DNA from: Camelus ferus
Taxonomy: Eukaryota
Reading direction: 5' to 3'
NCBI RefSeq assembly: GCF_009834535.1
Contig: NC_045696.1
Span: 116,314,001-116,378,000, forward strand
DNA length: 64,000 nucleotides
The translations under genes and the position numbers were made by a program. Below, in pieces: positions 1 through 13,395 of the stretch. The stretch's first letter is position 1; each line of letters starts with the position of its first letter. The notes under the pieces are model-generated. The model was not told the DNA's origin and did not search any database. It was given only the letters and a program-made list of their open reading frames with translations.

Positions 1-898
1 ACACACAGCATACAAAACTGTATGTAGAATAAAAGAATGCAACACATGGAGAAAAAACAGATCTAAAGGCACTGACAGTCTCTCATGGTGGCAGGGCTAT
101 TGTGGCTCTTGCATGTTGGTTCCAAATTTTCATCAACATGTCTGTTTATCACTTTGAGAATCAAATACTGAAGTTGTTTCTTTTTTAACAACAACTGTGT
201 CAGCAGGTGGATGGGGGGAAAGCCAAGCGGAAGCCAAGGCGCCACGTGAGGAGCACGATCGTAAGGATGCAGCCCTGAAGGTGCAGCTGGGACTCCCGGC
301 GACCTCCCCGGGTGCCGCGAGGGGCCGGAGCTGTCACTGAGAGTCAGGGTCCAAGACCCAGGTGGCAGCTCCGGCTTCAATAGATGTGATTCTGCTGCCA
401 AACCTGCAGGTATCAGCCCCTAGGAGCCTCATATGTTGTCATATTCAATGAAAAGAGATTTTAACGGAGGAGTGGGTGGTAGCTGTACCCTACCATTAGT
501 AACAGAGAAGGGACGAAAGCGATACTGATTTTTTGGCTGAGCAGCCAAAGCATGCCAGACCCTGGGCTGAAGGAACAACGCACTGTAATTAGAAAAATGA
601 ATTTGCTACGGGAAAAAAAATTGTTACCGTGCAAGATAATTAAAATTTCTTTTGAAGCACCATAAAAAAAGGTGTGAGGGAAGGCGGGTCCTCTATGTCC
701 CTTGGCTTAGAGACCAAATGACAACAATAATCCAAACACAAAATGCTGCTTATGTGGCAAATGTAAGAGAGAAATAAGAAAACTGCTTTCATCTCTAAGG
801 GAAGTTGCTGAGACCAGTTACAAGGCAGCCACTGAAACACATGAGCACACCCAGGGCTCACAACCCGTTTAGGGCAGCATCCCAGCTGCAGCTTAGCA

Positions 899-996
899 GG
901 GGAGGGCAGAGCTCACTGGCAGAGCGCATGCTCAGCACGCCCGAGGTCCTGGGCTTCATCCCCTGTATCTCCCTCTATCAACAGAAGGAAAAAAAA
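899..996 (+). mobile_element. tRNA-Ala-derived SINE (Vic-1-like), diverged
   Basis: Degenerate tRNA-like head and A tail. Confidence 0.8.
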
Positions 997-2256
997 TGCA
1001 AACTGCAGTTTAAGTGCTTCTGAACCTTCCTCCCTGGAGGATATCAAAGTGTTCCTGTCAGGCCTCAATCCTGTGTGCTGGTGGCCTTAAGGAAATACCA
1101 CAAATCAGAGGCTGGGATTTATGTGCAAATACTGGACGTTTAGCTAAAGCTCGTTAGACACATTCTGTAACTAAGATTGAGGGTTCGTGTTAAACTGCAA
1201 AAACAAAAGAAAAAAAAACTGCGGTTAACCTCTATCGCAAAACCACTTTTGTTGTTGTTTTGGTCCTCACTTATTTTTACAAATTAAAACCATCACCTTT
1301 CCTGAGACACACACTGGGTAATCCAGTAATACTTACAGTAATAAAAAAATCTAGTTTCTCAAATAAAACAGAATTTCCTCAATCTTTTGCTCAAAGACTC
1401 TAACAGCTCCTCTCTTCCGCTCTATCCTCTGGTCTCCAAGCCCTCACTCGATTCTCTGTCAGACCCAGGAAGCCTTTTCAAATGACGGTTTCCGCCTCCT
1501 CCATCCAGTGCTACTCCAGGCAGAATGGACTGTCTCCTTCGTGTCTTGTCATCACTGCTCCATGACACGTTGTCATCTGCACCCTCAGCCTCTTACCAGC
1601 AGCCAGACTCTGAGCTTAAATTTGGGGTTCTTTGCAGTGAAAATGCACTTCTAAGGCCAATGGCACAGCCCTGTGACTTCCTACGCCTGTGACACATTTC
1701 CCACATTGGAAAAATATTTAAATGATTACTCGTATGTTGGGGTTCCGGCACGCAAGAGCATGCATGGTCTACAAGAATCTGGGTGCGGAGGTGCAGAGAT
1801 CATTCTGAAGGAGGCTCCCCTTCCTGGGACCTAGTTCACTTGGGCTGAGACAGGAGAGATCAGCCCGGCTTAGGACAGGCTGGAGACCCGGGATGGGAGG
1901 ACCAGACCCCGAGTTGCCCTGCACCGCTTCTGATGAGATGGAAACTGCTTCTGTGCAGTCTCCCTGTGCCCCCTCGCATCCTGGCAGCTGAATGCACACA
2001 ACCAAGCTCTGCCCCACCTGTGAGGCTCGGAGACACTGGCGCAGGTGGGTCGGGGTGGGGGGGCGAGGGGGGCGAGTGACACGGAGTCAAGCTATTCTCA
2101 GCCAGGGCTGGAAGCACCCAAGGAGACCCCGGGGGACACTGAGAAGGAGGCGGGCACTCTTCCTACCCCTCCTGACCTCGTCATCGATGTGGGCTTTGCC
2201 ACTCATCCCTCAGTCTCAAGCCCTGGTGTCAAAGACCCACAAGAATGCTCCCTTAC

Positions 2257-2448
2257 TTCGGGAAATGGGTGAGGATTAGGGTCCGTTTCTCCAGCGGCAG
2301 TTTGTCTTTTTCCTGTCTCGCCTGTTCCAGGAGCTGCCGCCTCATGACGGTGAAGACAGAGCGGAGCAGGGTTCTCCCGAACACCTGGGCAGTCTCATAC
2401 CGGGGCAGACTGTCACAGAACTGCGGCACGTTGCAGTAACACAGCCAC
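2257..2448 (-). CDS. KAT2B: KAT2B exon 6, 192 nt: WLCYCNVPQFCDSLPRYETAQVFGRTLLRSVFTVMRRQLLEQARQEKDKLPLEKRTLILTHFPK
   Basis: PCAF peptide. Acceptor GGTTGCAG|GTG, donor GAA|GTAAGG. Gene continues beyond the window start. Confidence 0.97.
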
Positions 2449-3050
2449 CTGCAACCAGAGGAGACCCGTGCCATCAGCATCCCGTGAACCCCAGGCCATC
2501 CCAGACACCAAACACCCAAGTACGGTTACTCTATCCCAGTAACCTCGGTGGGAGGAACGAGGTCGGCGGGAGGAACGAGGTCTGTGGGACCAGCAGAAGC
2601 ATCTCTACCAGCTGGTGACACCTGGGGATCAGGCTGGTGTACCGCTTGGGTCCAGTTCTATTACAATCAGTCCATTCTGCAGCATCCTTTAGAGAGGAGG
2701 AGAAATTACAAGGGGAACCAAGGAAGCCCCTTCTGAGGAAGAATCAGAACCCCACCGTCTAATCCTCTGAGTGAAATTTCAGGCTTCATGAAGGCAGTAC
2801 TCACATACCCCCGAGCTCTGGTGGGAAGATAAAGATCTTCAGACTGCAAAACTCGGTCAAAAAGCAGGAAGTAATAAGCTTCCACCATCTGTTGTTTGGG
2901 TATATTTTCAATTACTCAGACTCAAAGTCGAAAAACACACTCATCGCACAGGGCTGGAGGAGTACCGGGGCCCCAAGGGAAAGCAGAGCTTTCCTGAGCC
3001 CTGACCACAGCTCCGGGGCCCCCGGGCTACCTAGGGCATACGACTCAGAA

Positions 3051-3295
3051 TGGAGAGGGATAACCTGGGAGTTCGAGATTTGCAGATATTAACTGCTATA
3101 TACACAGTAGATAAACAGTAAGTTTCTTCTGTGGAGCACAGGGAACTATATTCAATATCTTGTAGTAACCTGTAATGGAAAAGAATCTGAAAAGGAATAT
3201 ATGTAAGTATGACTGAAACATGATGCTATGCACCAGAAATTGACACAACGTTGTAAACTGACTACACTTCAATTAAAATATTTTTTTTTAAAAGG
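3051..3295 (+). mobile_element. L1 3' UTR fragment
   Basis: AGCACAGGGAACTATATTCAATATCTTGTA motif shared with other L1 3' ends here. Confidence 0.8.
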
Positions 3296-4091
3296 GAAAG
3301 GAAGGGAAGGGAAGGAAAAAGAAAAGAAAGCTCATTTGGCCAAGAGATGCTAGAAAATGAACATCCATTCACAACCGACCTGCCTTCTCTTTGGTCTCCC
3401 AGCGAATGCAAGGCTTTCAATTCCCAGGACCCAGTGACATGGCCCAGAGTGGGGCCCGCAGGGCTGCACAGACCAGGGAGGGGTCGGAGCATCACTGCCC
3501 AGCCGCTGTGCCTTAGCAGCAGATCCAAACCCATCCTCTTCCAGGACAGGACCGCCTTCCCCCAGTAAAACCCTCGCCTCCCTGTGTGCCTTCCTGATCT
3601 GCTCTAAGGTGGGGAGGATGCCCCAGTGAACCACCACCCCCTCAGGAAAGAGTAGATAATGTTAACTTACACTCAGGCTTATGGACTTATTTTTTATCTT
3701 ATTCTATATTACTTCATAGTTCTTCTGAGTGGGGGGTGACGGGTGTTTCATCTTTGGGGAAGAAAACTTTCATCCGTGTTAGTTCACCTAGATTCGAGAT
3801 TAACCTTAAAACCCTGCTCTAGGACCTTTCATTTTGAGAAGTTCTGCACAACTCAGAATCTAAAGCTAATTATTTGCCACTTTCCCTTAGCGTACTCTGT
3901 GGGTCAGGTCTATTCTCAGAAGTCCTATTCCTCTGACACTTAATTTCAGGTTATTTCCTCCTGGCATTATATAAGCAAACCATTGTGAAATTCAGGGAAT
4001 TCCAAAATATTCGTTCAGCTTTTTTTTTTTCCTAAAACCACAGTGATTTCTGGAGGATATATAAAGATCTATTTCATATATACTTATAATA

Positions 4092-4237
4092 TTTTTAATT
4101 TTTTTTATTTTAATTTTTGGGGTGCGGTAGGTAATTAGGTATATTTCTTTATTTAATGGAGGTAGTGGGGACTGAACCCAGGACCTCGTGCATGCTAAGC
4201 ACACACACTTTACCAACTGAGCTATACCATGCCCCAC
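4092..4237 (-). mobile_element. tRNA-Ala-derived SINE
   Basis: tRNA head, CCTAATTACC tail motif, A-rich tail, imperfect TSD. Confidence 0.85.
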
Positions 4238-4433
4238 CGTATACACTTATAAGACATTTTTAAGGTTAAGTATATGTTAACCTTGATGTACCAGATACTT
4301 ATAACATATAAAATATTTATATTTTCCCTTAATTCAGAACAGAGAGTATAAGTAATTTAAGCAGTCCCATTGTTCAGTTTGCATTTAATTTATTGGATAA
4401 ATCTGAGCAGGCTGGCTTAAGCAACATAATCAT

Positions 4434-4585
4434 TTTTTTGTTGTTGTCTTGTTTGCTTTGTTTTTTGGTGGAGGGAGGTAATTAGGTTTTACTTATTAAT
4501 TTATTTCTTAGAGGAGGTACTGGGGATTGAACCAGGACCTCGTGCATGCTAGGCAAGCACTCTACCACTGAGCTACACCCTCCTC
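4434..4585 (-). mobile_element. tRNA-Ala-derived SINE
   Basis: Head, tail motif, TSD ATAATCAT. Confidence 0.85.
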
Positions 4586-6119
4586 TTATAATCATCGTTC
4601 AGTCCAGTCTTCTCCACAGACAACCCTACCCCTCCCCATCTTCGTGCTGATGCGTGCTCCGGACGTGCTCGGCCCCTTTGTTCTAACTGCCACGACTGCT
4701 GCACATCACACGCTGAATAGGCAGCTCAGGTCTGAGGTTCCCTTACCATCAAGATAAGGCCCCGCGGTGCCTGCAGCTGTAACGGCACCCATCTTTGAGA
4801 AGATGCAATCAGTGAGACACCAGGCTCACGTGGCGCGAGGTTTCTGAATTCCCAAGTGGTCGTGACAGTGAGGTTTTGCTCTGAAACCCATCTTGCTTCC
4901 CATCGTGGTCACAGGGTGTTCCTCTCCTTCGCTTTCTTCATCACCACCGGGCGACGGGGGAGCGGCGGGGGGGGGGGGGCTGTCGTCTACCTTCATTTCC
5001 TTATTTATTATTCAGAGGCTCTTGGTCTCCATCTCGCCTAGAAATCAGCAGGTTGCAGAACTCCGCAGGACAGACTCATTCACATCGGTCTCCACTCCTC
5101 TGCCTTGGGCTGCTGGCTCAGAAGGCTGGGCTAGGAAAGACTGCCTGCCGTCTCTGTGCCATTATCTTCCTTTCTAACATGATGCTCAAATCATTACACT
5201 CTCAGCCCCTTGTCCACGCTCCAGCTTAAAAGTCGCACGCTGGCAGTGACTGGGTTTTGGAGAACGTGTGTGGGAGGAAAAACATGACTAGCATCTTCCC
5301 AGCAGCCGTGCTGTGTGCCACACCCCACAACACCCCTGGGCTGGGCGGAGGAAGAAACTGAGGGTCAAGGAGGCCAAGTGACTGGTCTAACGTGCACAGA
5401 ACTGAGGGGGGATGGAGCCAGGATTGAAACCCCTCGCTCATTCCAAAACCCGACTTCTGTTTTCACAATTCCTGAAGTATCTGTAAGTGCCGCCCATTTC
5501 TTGGTAATCCCCAAGGGCTACAAAATATTTTTGTTCTGTTTTCTAAAACACAGCATTAACTCCTGGGCTGTTTCACATTTAATTCTCCTTCCAGATGAAA
5601 CAACTTTTCCTCTATTAAGAGTAGTGAATACGTTCAGGGGTTTGGCTTTGACAAATACTCAGTTTCATCCATCATTCGTGATGGAGTTAAAAGAGATATT
5701 TTTGAGGGTTCTAGTACCTCAACTCATTATAAACAAGAGTTACAATAATATAGGAACAACTGCTAATGTAAAACTCTGAAACAGAGGGAAAATGAAGATA
5801 TTAATGGAAAAACTCAATTTTGAAGAAATCTATAATTTCTATAAAAGTCAATTATTAGGAGAAAATACTTTATACTTCAAATTGTATATATTGTAAAAGG
5901 GGACAGAGAGAAAAAAAAAGGGGTATTACTCATCAAATCAGGTCAGTGATCAGAGGAGAAAACTTATCTTCAACTACACCCATTTCTACTATCACCAGCT
6001 GTTACAGAAAAAACCCTGGCTGCAAGTGGTTTTTACAGGCTGTCAAAAAACACTGCCTATTTTAAATCAGAAAAAAAATATATCCCCTGAAGCAAGCTTG
6101 ATGTGCCTATAAAACATAA

Positions 6120-6330
6120 ATGCTGCTATATAAAAAAATAGATTTTAAAAAGTTTTTTTCTATATAGCACAGAGAACTATATTCACTATCTTGTAATAAC
6201 ATTCAATGAAAAAGAATATGAAAACGGATATATGTATGTATCTGCATGACTGGGACACTGTGCTACACACCAGAAATGACACACTGTAACTAACTGTACT
6301 TCTATATATGTATAATATGGAAAATATTTA
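6120..6330 (+). mobile_element. L1 3' UTR fragment
   Basis: Same L1 3' UTR motifs. Confidence 0.75.
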
Positions 6331-6859
6331 AAAAGTGAATAGAATGGATAATCCAAGTCACTCTTTCGAAAGTAAAACCCAGTGTAGGTCGTTCTATCTT
6401 GTATGACCATGCTTTTTCACTTCCAAAGTCAATTCTATTATTCTGCAGTTCACAAGTAATAAATATAAATTCCAACTTTAGGGAAAAAAATATACACTCA
6501 ATTCAAGAATATTTTCAGAGTTTGATGCCCACAAATAGGGGAAGAATTAAGTAAATTACGGTCCATCAACTCAACGGTCTATAATACAATCAGTAAATGT
6601 TTGAATAGGGGACAAAAGGATGCAAGTTTTATGTTTTCTTTTATTCTAACTAACATACAATATTTATTTAAAGGGACAAAGACCATAAGAGAATACGTAT
6701 AATGAGATTAGTTTCATCTTGGTGTTGGGACTATGGTGGTCTTTCCTTCTGTAAAAAAAAAAAAAAATGTAACACTATTCTATTCATGGTGATTGCTTTG
6801 TTTTTTTAATGAGTGAGGTCTCTATATCATAATTACAGAGTCATAGAATAGTTACTTAT

Positions 6860-7715
6860 TTTGGGGGGAGTGTCTTTGTCTTGTTTTGATATGAGGGTGA
6901 TGGTGGCTTCATAGAATGACTTTGGGAGTGTTCGAGAAGGGTCAGACTAAGTTCACCTTCGTGTGTTTGGTAGAAGTCTGCAGTGAAGCCATCTGGCCCT
7001 GGACTTCTGCTTGCAGGGAATTTTTTTTTTCATTACAGATTCCATTCCACTTCTAGTGATTGGTCTGTCCAAATGATCCATTTCTTCTTGACTCCGTTTT
7101 GGTGGACTATATGTTTCTAGAAACTTGTCCGTTTCTTCTAGGTGGTCCAGTTTGTTGGCATGTAATTATTCACAGTATTCCCTCTTTTTTTTCGTATATC
7201 TGTGGAATCAGCTGTAATTTCTCCTCTTTCGTCTCCTATGTTATTTATTTGCTCCTCTCTCTTTTCTTCTTGCTGAACCTGGCCAGCGGTTTGTTGGTTT
7301 TGTTTGCCCTTCCAGAAAAATAGCTCTTGGTTTCATTGATTTTCTCCATTTTTTTTTTATGGGGGGAGGTAATTGGGTTTACTTATTTATTTTCTTTTAA
7401 TGGAGGACTGGGAACCGAACCCAGGACTTCCAGCATGCTAGGCGCAGGCTCCACCACTGAGCTCTACCCTCCCCACTCTCTATTGCTTTTTTAATCTCTG
7501 TTTTATTTATTTCCTCTCTGACCTTTATCCTTTCCTTCTGCTGACTTTAGGTTTTGTTTGTTGTTCTTTTTCTAATTCTTTCAGGTGGTGGGTTAGGTTG
7601 TTTGAGATTTTGCTTGTTTGTTTTTTGAAGAAAGTTTCATTGTGTATCACCTGTATCACTATGAACTTCCCTCTTAGGACTGCGTTTGCTGCACCCCATA
7701 GATTTTGTGTAACTG
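6860..7715 (-). mobile_element. L1 ORF2 internal fragment, SINE-interrupted
   Basis: Typical antisense L1 ORF2 text (GTGAAGCCATCTGGCCCTGGACTT, AACTTCCCTCTTAGGACTGC). Confidence 0.8.
7349..7474 (-). mobile_element. tRNA-Ala-derived SINE inserted in an L1 fragment
   Basis: Head and tail motif interrupting L1 sequence. Confidence 0.85.
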
Positions 7716-7736
7716 TGTAGAATAGTTATCTAGGTC

Positions 7737-8022
7737 AGCAGTGCTCAAAAGAAACACAATGCAAGCCACATACGTCATTTTAAATCTTCCAGTAGTCACA
7801 TCAAAAAAGTCAAAAGAAATGGCTGAAATTAACTTAATATATTTTACTTAATTCAATATATTCAAAATATTACCATTTCAACATGCAACCAGTATAAAAA
7901 ACTATTAATGAAACACTTTACATTCTTTTTTTGGTACAATTTCAGAAATCTCAGTTCCTACCAGCCACACTTCAGATGCTCAGTGGACACATATTGTTGG
8001 CAACTATCATATTGAGAGCACA
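7737..8022 (+). mobile_element. MER33-like hAT-Charlie fossil
   Basis: Matches recalled MER33 (GCCACAT...TTTTAAAT..TCCAGTAG.CACAT, ATTAATGA). Confidence 0.7.
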
Positions 8023-8228
8023 GGTCTAGATGATCTGGATCCCTTACCCCACAAAACATCGTGTTATTAATGAAGAGTTAATTTAGAGAGTTAAATTAGA
8101 GACATTCTCTCTGAATTGATGGAGTCTCATGATAACTGGGCAACCCTTTACTTGCAGATGCAAGCAGCAAATGTTATGTCCAAAACATGCTTTATGCGCC
8201 AAAGAAAAGGCACTGGCCACCGGCTTAC

Positions 8229-8410
8229 CTGGTGTAGTTCTCTTTGTATCCGGAAATGTCATCATTGGGAGATCGCAGTCTTCGCTGGGATGGTGCCTCC
8301 AGGTGCCAATAATTGATACGGTTTAGGAACATTTTTGCCAGCTCCACAATCGTTTGCCTCTCTTTGGACGGCAGGTGACTGAATTTGTACTGTACAAAGT
8401 TATTCACACC
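8229..8410 (-). CDS. KAT2B: KAT2B exon 5, 182 nt: GVNNFVQYKFSHLPSKERQTIVELAKMFLNRINYWHLEAPSQRRLRSPNDDISGYKENYTR
   Basis: PCAF peptide. Acceptor CCTTTTCAG|GGT, donor CAG|GTAAGC. Confidence 0.97.
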
Positions 8411-8945
8411 CTGAAAAGGAGCAAAGGCAATTTATTCACACAGCTGTGCCATCGCCCCAGCTCTGAACAGCCACACAGTCAGCACTACTGGTGGTCGTTA
8501 GCAAAAGAATAGACATTTCTCTGTTCACACCAATCTCTTCCTTTTCCCCATGAGAAAACAGGAATGCCTAGAGGGAATCGTGCCTCAGATCCCAGTGGAT
8601 GCAAAGCAACAAGACAGAGAGGCTGGGAGATGTGATTCTATGCCTGGTGCAAACATGCCGCGCTAAAGAGAAAATCAAAATCGCAGGCTGAAAAGGTCAG
8701 TGCCCCTTAAACAATAAAGTATGGCTATTTTGCAGCATAACTGCTGCTGTGCTATCAACAGAGTAGCTCACATATAATAAAGATTCTTGGATGAATATAA
8801 TGTTTTTACAGTAACAAATCAAAAGGCTGGTAGCAGATCTTTCAACGAACTAAACCAATAGAATTTAAACTCTTTACTACCTATCACTCTTCCGGTTTCA
8901 CCGAGTTTACATAAAAAAAAAATCTTATTCAAAATTACGAGCTTT

Positions 8946-9054
8946 GGAGGTGGGTGTAGCTCAGTGGTAGAGCACATGCTTAGCGTGCATGAGCTCATGG
9001 GTTCAATCCCCGGTACCTCCCTTAAAAAAAAAAGGAAAAGGAAAAGAAAATAAA
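8946..9054 (+). mobile_element. tRNA-Ala-derived SINE
   Basis: A box TAGCTCAGTGG, B box GGTTCAATCC, A tail. Confidence 0.85.
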
Positions 9055-9816
9055 ACATGGGCTTTTATAAGAATCTGTAGATTGATTTAATCTTTATTTA
9101 CTTTCAAATAAAGGAAAAATAAATTCTTATTTAGTAGGGCTTGAAGACAAAATTTCTTCTACTAAAAACTGACCGGTAAAATATATTTATTTGTATTTGC
9201 AAGGACTCTGATATCATGTCTTCTGTAATCAGTCTCATCAAGAAATGCCATCAGGAATATCTGAGATTTACTTAGCTGAATCGTGACTGGACAAAAAGTG
9301 ACACTGATCAGACACTGACAACACCAAATGGAAAAGGTCTGCACGTGTCAACAGATTCCCCACGTAAATCTCGGCTTCCATCCAGGAATCATATTGTGGC
9401 AGGGAGTCAATTTCTGGATACAAAATCTCATTTCTCTTTTGTGCTTTTTTTGCTTGACCTACAGTGTCGTTTTTCACATTGCGACTGAATTCCCTTACCT
9501 CAAAAGACTTTTTTAGACAGTGCCAAAGAAAGGGACAAAGACTTAATTTTAAAACATCAACACCCCCCCCCATTTCATGTGTTCTCACGAACTCCATGTT
9601 CTTCTTAATTTTTTTTCTTCAACCCGACAAGACAAAAGCTAGATCATCTATTAAATTAAGCATTTACTTCTGATCCAAAGGGTTCAAGACAATTTCTACC
9701 AACGTGATGAACATCTCTAAGCCACGGAGGAGGATGGAAGAAAGATGAGGTTTGTTCAGCCTTAAAGTAATTGAAAAAAAAGGTGGGGGGGGGGGGCTGC
9801 TCTTTTATCTCTTTAC

Positions 9817-9909
9817 CTGTTCAATACTAGGTTTTTCAAACGGGGGCTTCTTCTCCAAAGAGCCTTCAACCACAGGTTTTCCTCTTTGTAAAATAGACTT
9901 TCTCAAGAG
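9817..9909 (-). CDS. KAT2B: KAT2B exon 4, 93 nt: LLRKSILQRGKPVVEGSLEKKPPFEKPSIEQ
   Basis: Translated by hand (not in the ORF track). Acceptor TTTTTTGCAG|CTC, donor CAG|GTAAAG. Confidence 0.96.
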
Positions 9910-10602
9910 CTGCAAAAAAATCAATCAGTGTCACACACACACAGAGCCTTGAAGGAAAGTCATTGCATTCTATTTATCTTAGTTACAAGGAAATAAATCC
10001 TTAAATCAGTAAAATGGGTGACTATCAGATAACCCAACTGGCCTTCATGCCCACAACCAGAGCTGTGAGGAGCCGGCCACCCGCATGTTCTGGGCAGCCC
10101 AGAGCACCCAGCAGTGGCCACAGCCACCTCTCTCCTAAGGACTCTCCCTTGTCCTCTCTGTTCCAGGATTCGGCTGGGCCGGGGGCCCAGGGACACCGCG
10201 CAGGCTCTGAACATGCCCATCCAGGCTGCCGCGGGGTGCTCACACCCTGAAGGGTCTTACTGAAGCCCGTGAAAGGCCAAGGTCCATCCCGCACAAACAA
10301 GGCCGGGGGACAGGGAGCTGCCTGTGCCGCAGCTGTGTGTCATGGGCGTAATCCAGGGCCCAGGAAGGAATCCTGCAAGGTTCTCAACTGGCAACACTCG
10401 CTGCTGAGGTCTTTTTCCATCGGCTCTCCATCACAGAATGCAGGCCAAGCCTTCTGGCATCTCCGTGCCCACAAAATAAAACACTGCTCTTAGTCCCTGC
10501 CACTGGAACGTAAGGCCCTCAAAGAGCAAATACCAGCAAGAAAAGGGAACACTGAACCACGGATCAACACCGGATTTGAAAATAAATTTGATGCTGAAAT
10601 TC

Positions 10603-11070
10603 TTTTTTTTTAATTTTTAAACAACTTTATTGTGGTATAATTTCTGTAAACTACACATATTTCAGATGTACAATTTGATGAACTTTGATAGATGCATATA
10701 CCCATGAAGCCACCACAATCAAGACAGCTAACATCTCCATCACTCCCCAAGAGGTGCAAATTTCAAACTCCCAATTTATCCCTTCCCACCCACTCTACCC
10801 TCTGGTAACTGTAAGTTTGTTTTCTATGTCTGAGTCTGTTTCTGTTTGGTAAATAAGTTCATTCATCTTTTTTATAGATTCCATATACAAGTGAGATCAT
10901 ATGGTATTTTCCTTTCTCTCTCTGACTTACTTCACTCAGAATGATAATCTCCAGGTTCATTCATGTTGCCACAAATGGCATTATTTTGTTCTTTTTATGG
11001 CTGAGTAGTATTCCATTGCATGTATGTGTATATACCACAGTTCTCTATCAAGTCATCTGTTGATGGACTG
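10603..11070 (-). mobile_element. L1 3' end fragments
   Basis: TTTATGGCTGAGTAGTATTCCATTG, AGTCATCTGTTGATGGAC. Confidence 0.8.
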
Positions 11071-11365
11071 ATAACTGAAATTCTTTACTTTCAACCTTTG
11101 CATGAATTTCTGTGACCCTTACACGTGGGCCAGTTATGATATATAACAGTGCATTTATTTCATTACATCTTTCCGTCCTTTCTCCACTGATTGCCTTGTC
11201 AATAGGAACAAAACACAGCAACATTTCTCCCAAAAGTTAATGGAAACAGATGAACCCCAAGGTTGAGGATCACCCCATGTCCCCCACAGGGCCAGGTCTT
11301 ACAAGGGCCTCAGTCCCTTCTAGAGGTGCATATAAAGAAAAGATTGATCATAAAATTTAAATACA

Positions 11366-11455
11366 GGGGGAGGAAATAGCTCAGTGGTGGAGCACATGCT
11401 TAGCAGGCACGAGGTCCTGGGTTCAATCCCCAGTGCCTCCATCAAAAACAAAAGA
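11366..11455 (+). mobile_element. tRNA-Ala-derived SINE
   Basis: A/B boxes, A tail. Confidence 0.85.
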
Positions 11456-11639
11456 AAATTAGACACAAATAATTCTGGCTGCCTACTTTCTTTGCCTGGT
11501 TAAAACAAGACCATTTGGGAATTTGACCCAAGGTGGGTTTCAGCTGGGGGTGGTTAAATGGGTGGACCGGGGAGAGGCTGAATCTCGGCTTCTTCATCTA
11601 CAAGGATGGAGCCGGGATAAGTGGGTGTAAACGAAAATG

Positions 11640-12000
11640 TTAATAGCAGCAAGCACGTGCATCCTTACTTTTGCCAGGCACTCTGGGCAGTTTTGTTTTG
11701 TTTTGTTTTGTTACTTTTTTGGGGGGTAGGGGGAAGGTAATTAGGCTGTTTATTTATTTAATGGAGGTGCTGGGGTTTGAATCCTGGACCTCGTACATGC
11801 TAAGCACACATTCTACCACTGAGCTATCCCCTCCCACCCTGGGCAGTTCTTTATACGTTTTATCTCCTTAATCCTCCTACTGACCTTTTGAGGAAGCTGC
11901 TATCCTTGTCTGTATTTCACAGGTAAGGACACTGAGAAAGAATGACTTGCCCGAGGTCACAGTCACTCAGTGTTGAAGGCAGGACTGGAACCCAGAGAGC
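11640..12000 (-). mobile_element. MIR, SINE-interrupted
   Basis: ACTGAG...TGACTTGCCCGAGGTCACA core. Confidence 0.7.
11691..11836 (-). mobile_element. tRNA-Ala-derived SINE inserted in a MIR
   Basis: Head, tail motif, TSD CTGGGCAGTT. Confidence 0.85.
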
Positions 12001-13114
12001 TGGGCTCAGCACCAGGACACAGGAGCCTTTATTTAACAAGCAGCTTTTCACTGAGTTTACTTTCAACCTCAAAAGAGGAAGTTTCTAAAATGCCGCTAAA
12101 ATGGGTAAGTACATTTTCATTTAATTTCATCACTGAGACATGAGACACAGGAACTGCTTTTCATAAGCTAAGAAACAGATGATTGAGAATGTATTTGCCC
12201 TGAAGAATGATTCTGGAAGGGGGAGGCGAGGGGAGAAGGCTGAATATTTTGGATTTTGTCCCCGGGAGCAAATATACTTGCATTGTTAAATATGAGGGAA
12301 GTGAGACAGAGAGAGAGAAAATGAACTTCAAAGTGCAGCACTGTTTTCTGGCCTGCCGCTGGGTTATAAACAGGACTGAGAGGAGGCCAACAGGATGGAA
12401 ACCTTAGTACCACCTTCCCTTCCAACAGGGCGGTGGGGGACCGCCTGCCAGGGAGCGGGGTTCCAAGACAAACAAAAGCTGCAGCCATGCAGATGTTGCT
12501 TCTCTCCAACTGAGATCTTTTCCCAAAGAAGCTCCAAACACTATGAACCTGCCAGGGTTTAATCCAGGTGACTCAGGCCCCACAGTCATGTCAAAAGTTG
12601 TCACCTGGAGTAGCTGAGCGCCTGCTCACGGCATGGGGGACTCAGCTGTGTGTTCTCCCCCTCTCTCTCTCCCCTCCCCCACCATTTGCCATTTTAGTGT
12701 TAATTTCCCCCCATGACCTCAAAATTTAAAAACAGTATTCTCTCTCCCACTCCTGTTCCCTATCAACCCCAAAACCCCCATTAGCACACACACAAAAAAA
12801 AGTTAATAAAAGGGGAAAAGGGAAAATCATCTATCAAGTCAATTCAGACCACCCAACCCCCCACCAAAAAAAAAAAGCTATAGGAATTCGTATCAAATTT
12901 GCCCTGAGATTCCTAGCAGCCAAAGCAAAAGGGGAAACACAAAGGAAAATGTCTCTCTCCTCATCATTACAAGATGAAACACAGCACCCATTTGGAGATG
13001 CAGGCTCCTCCTGGCTGTAAGCCCTGAGTGGAGGGTTTTGGGTTTCTGTTTTTGTTTTTAAAGATCCTTATAGGGGTCACACAACACAACATAATCAACT
13101 GTGCCCTCAGTAGC

Positions 13115-13395
13115 AGGGTTGTTTTTTTAATAGATGAATGCACTAAATAGAGTTTCCAGATAAAATACAGACAGTGCAAATTTGAATTTCAGATAAATAA
13201 TTGTTAGTGTAAGATGCTCCTAATATTACACCAGTTTGTCCTAAATATTACATGGGACATATCTGAACTTAAAAAGTAGATTATTTTTGTTTGTTTAAGT
13301 ATAGTTAATTTACAACGTTGTGTTCATTTTATTTTGCTTTGTTTTTTAATTATTCCATCTATCAGTCTCTTTTATGAGTGTATTTTTGGCAACCT
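13115..13395. mobile_element. MER53-like hAT fossil
   Basis: CCAGATAAAATACAG...AAATTTGAATTTCAGATAAA, terminal TGGCAACCT. Confidence 0.6.

Noticed and set aside
1..2256. KAT2B exon 7 or other genes in short ORFs
   Set aside because: No PCAF-like peptide was found here. The other 60-185 aa ORFs in the window lack recognisable domains and often overlap repeats.
12005..12025. REST RE1 site CTCAGCACCAGGACACAGG
   Set aside because: Spacer is one base short and the right half is degenerate.
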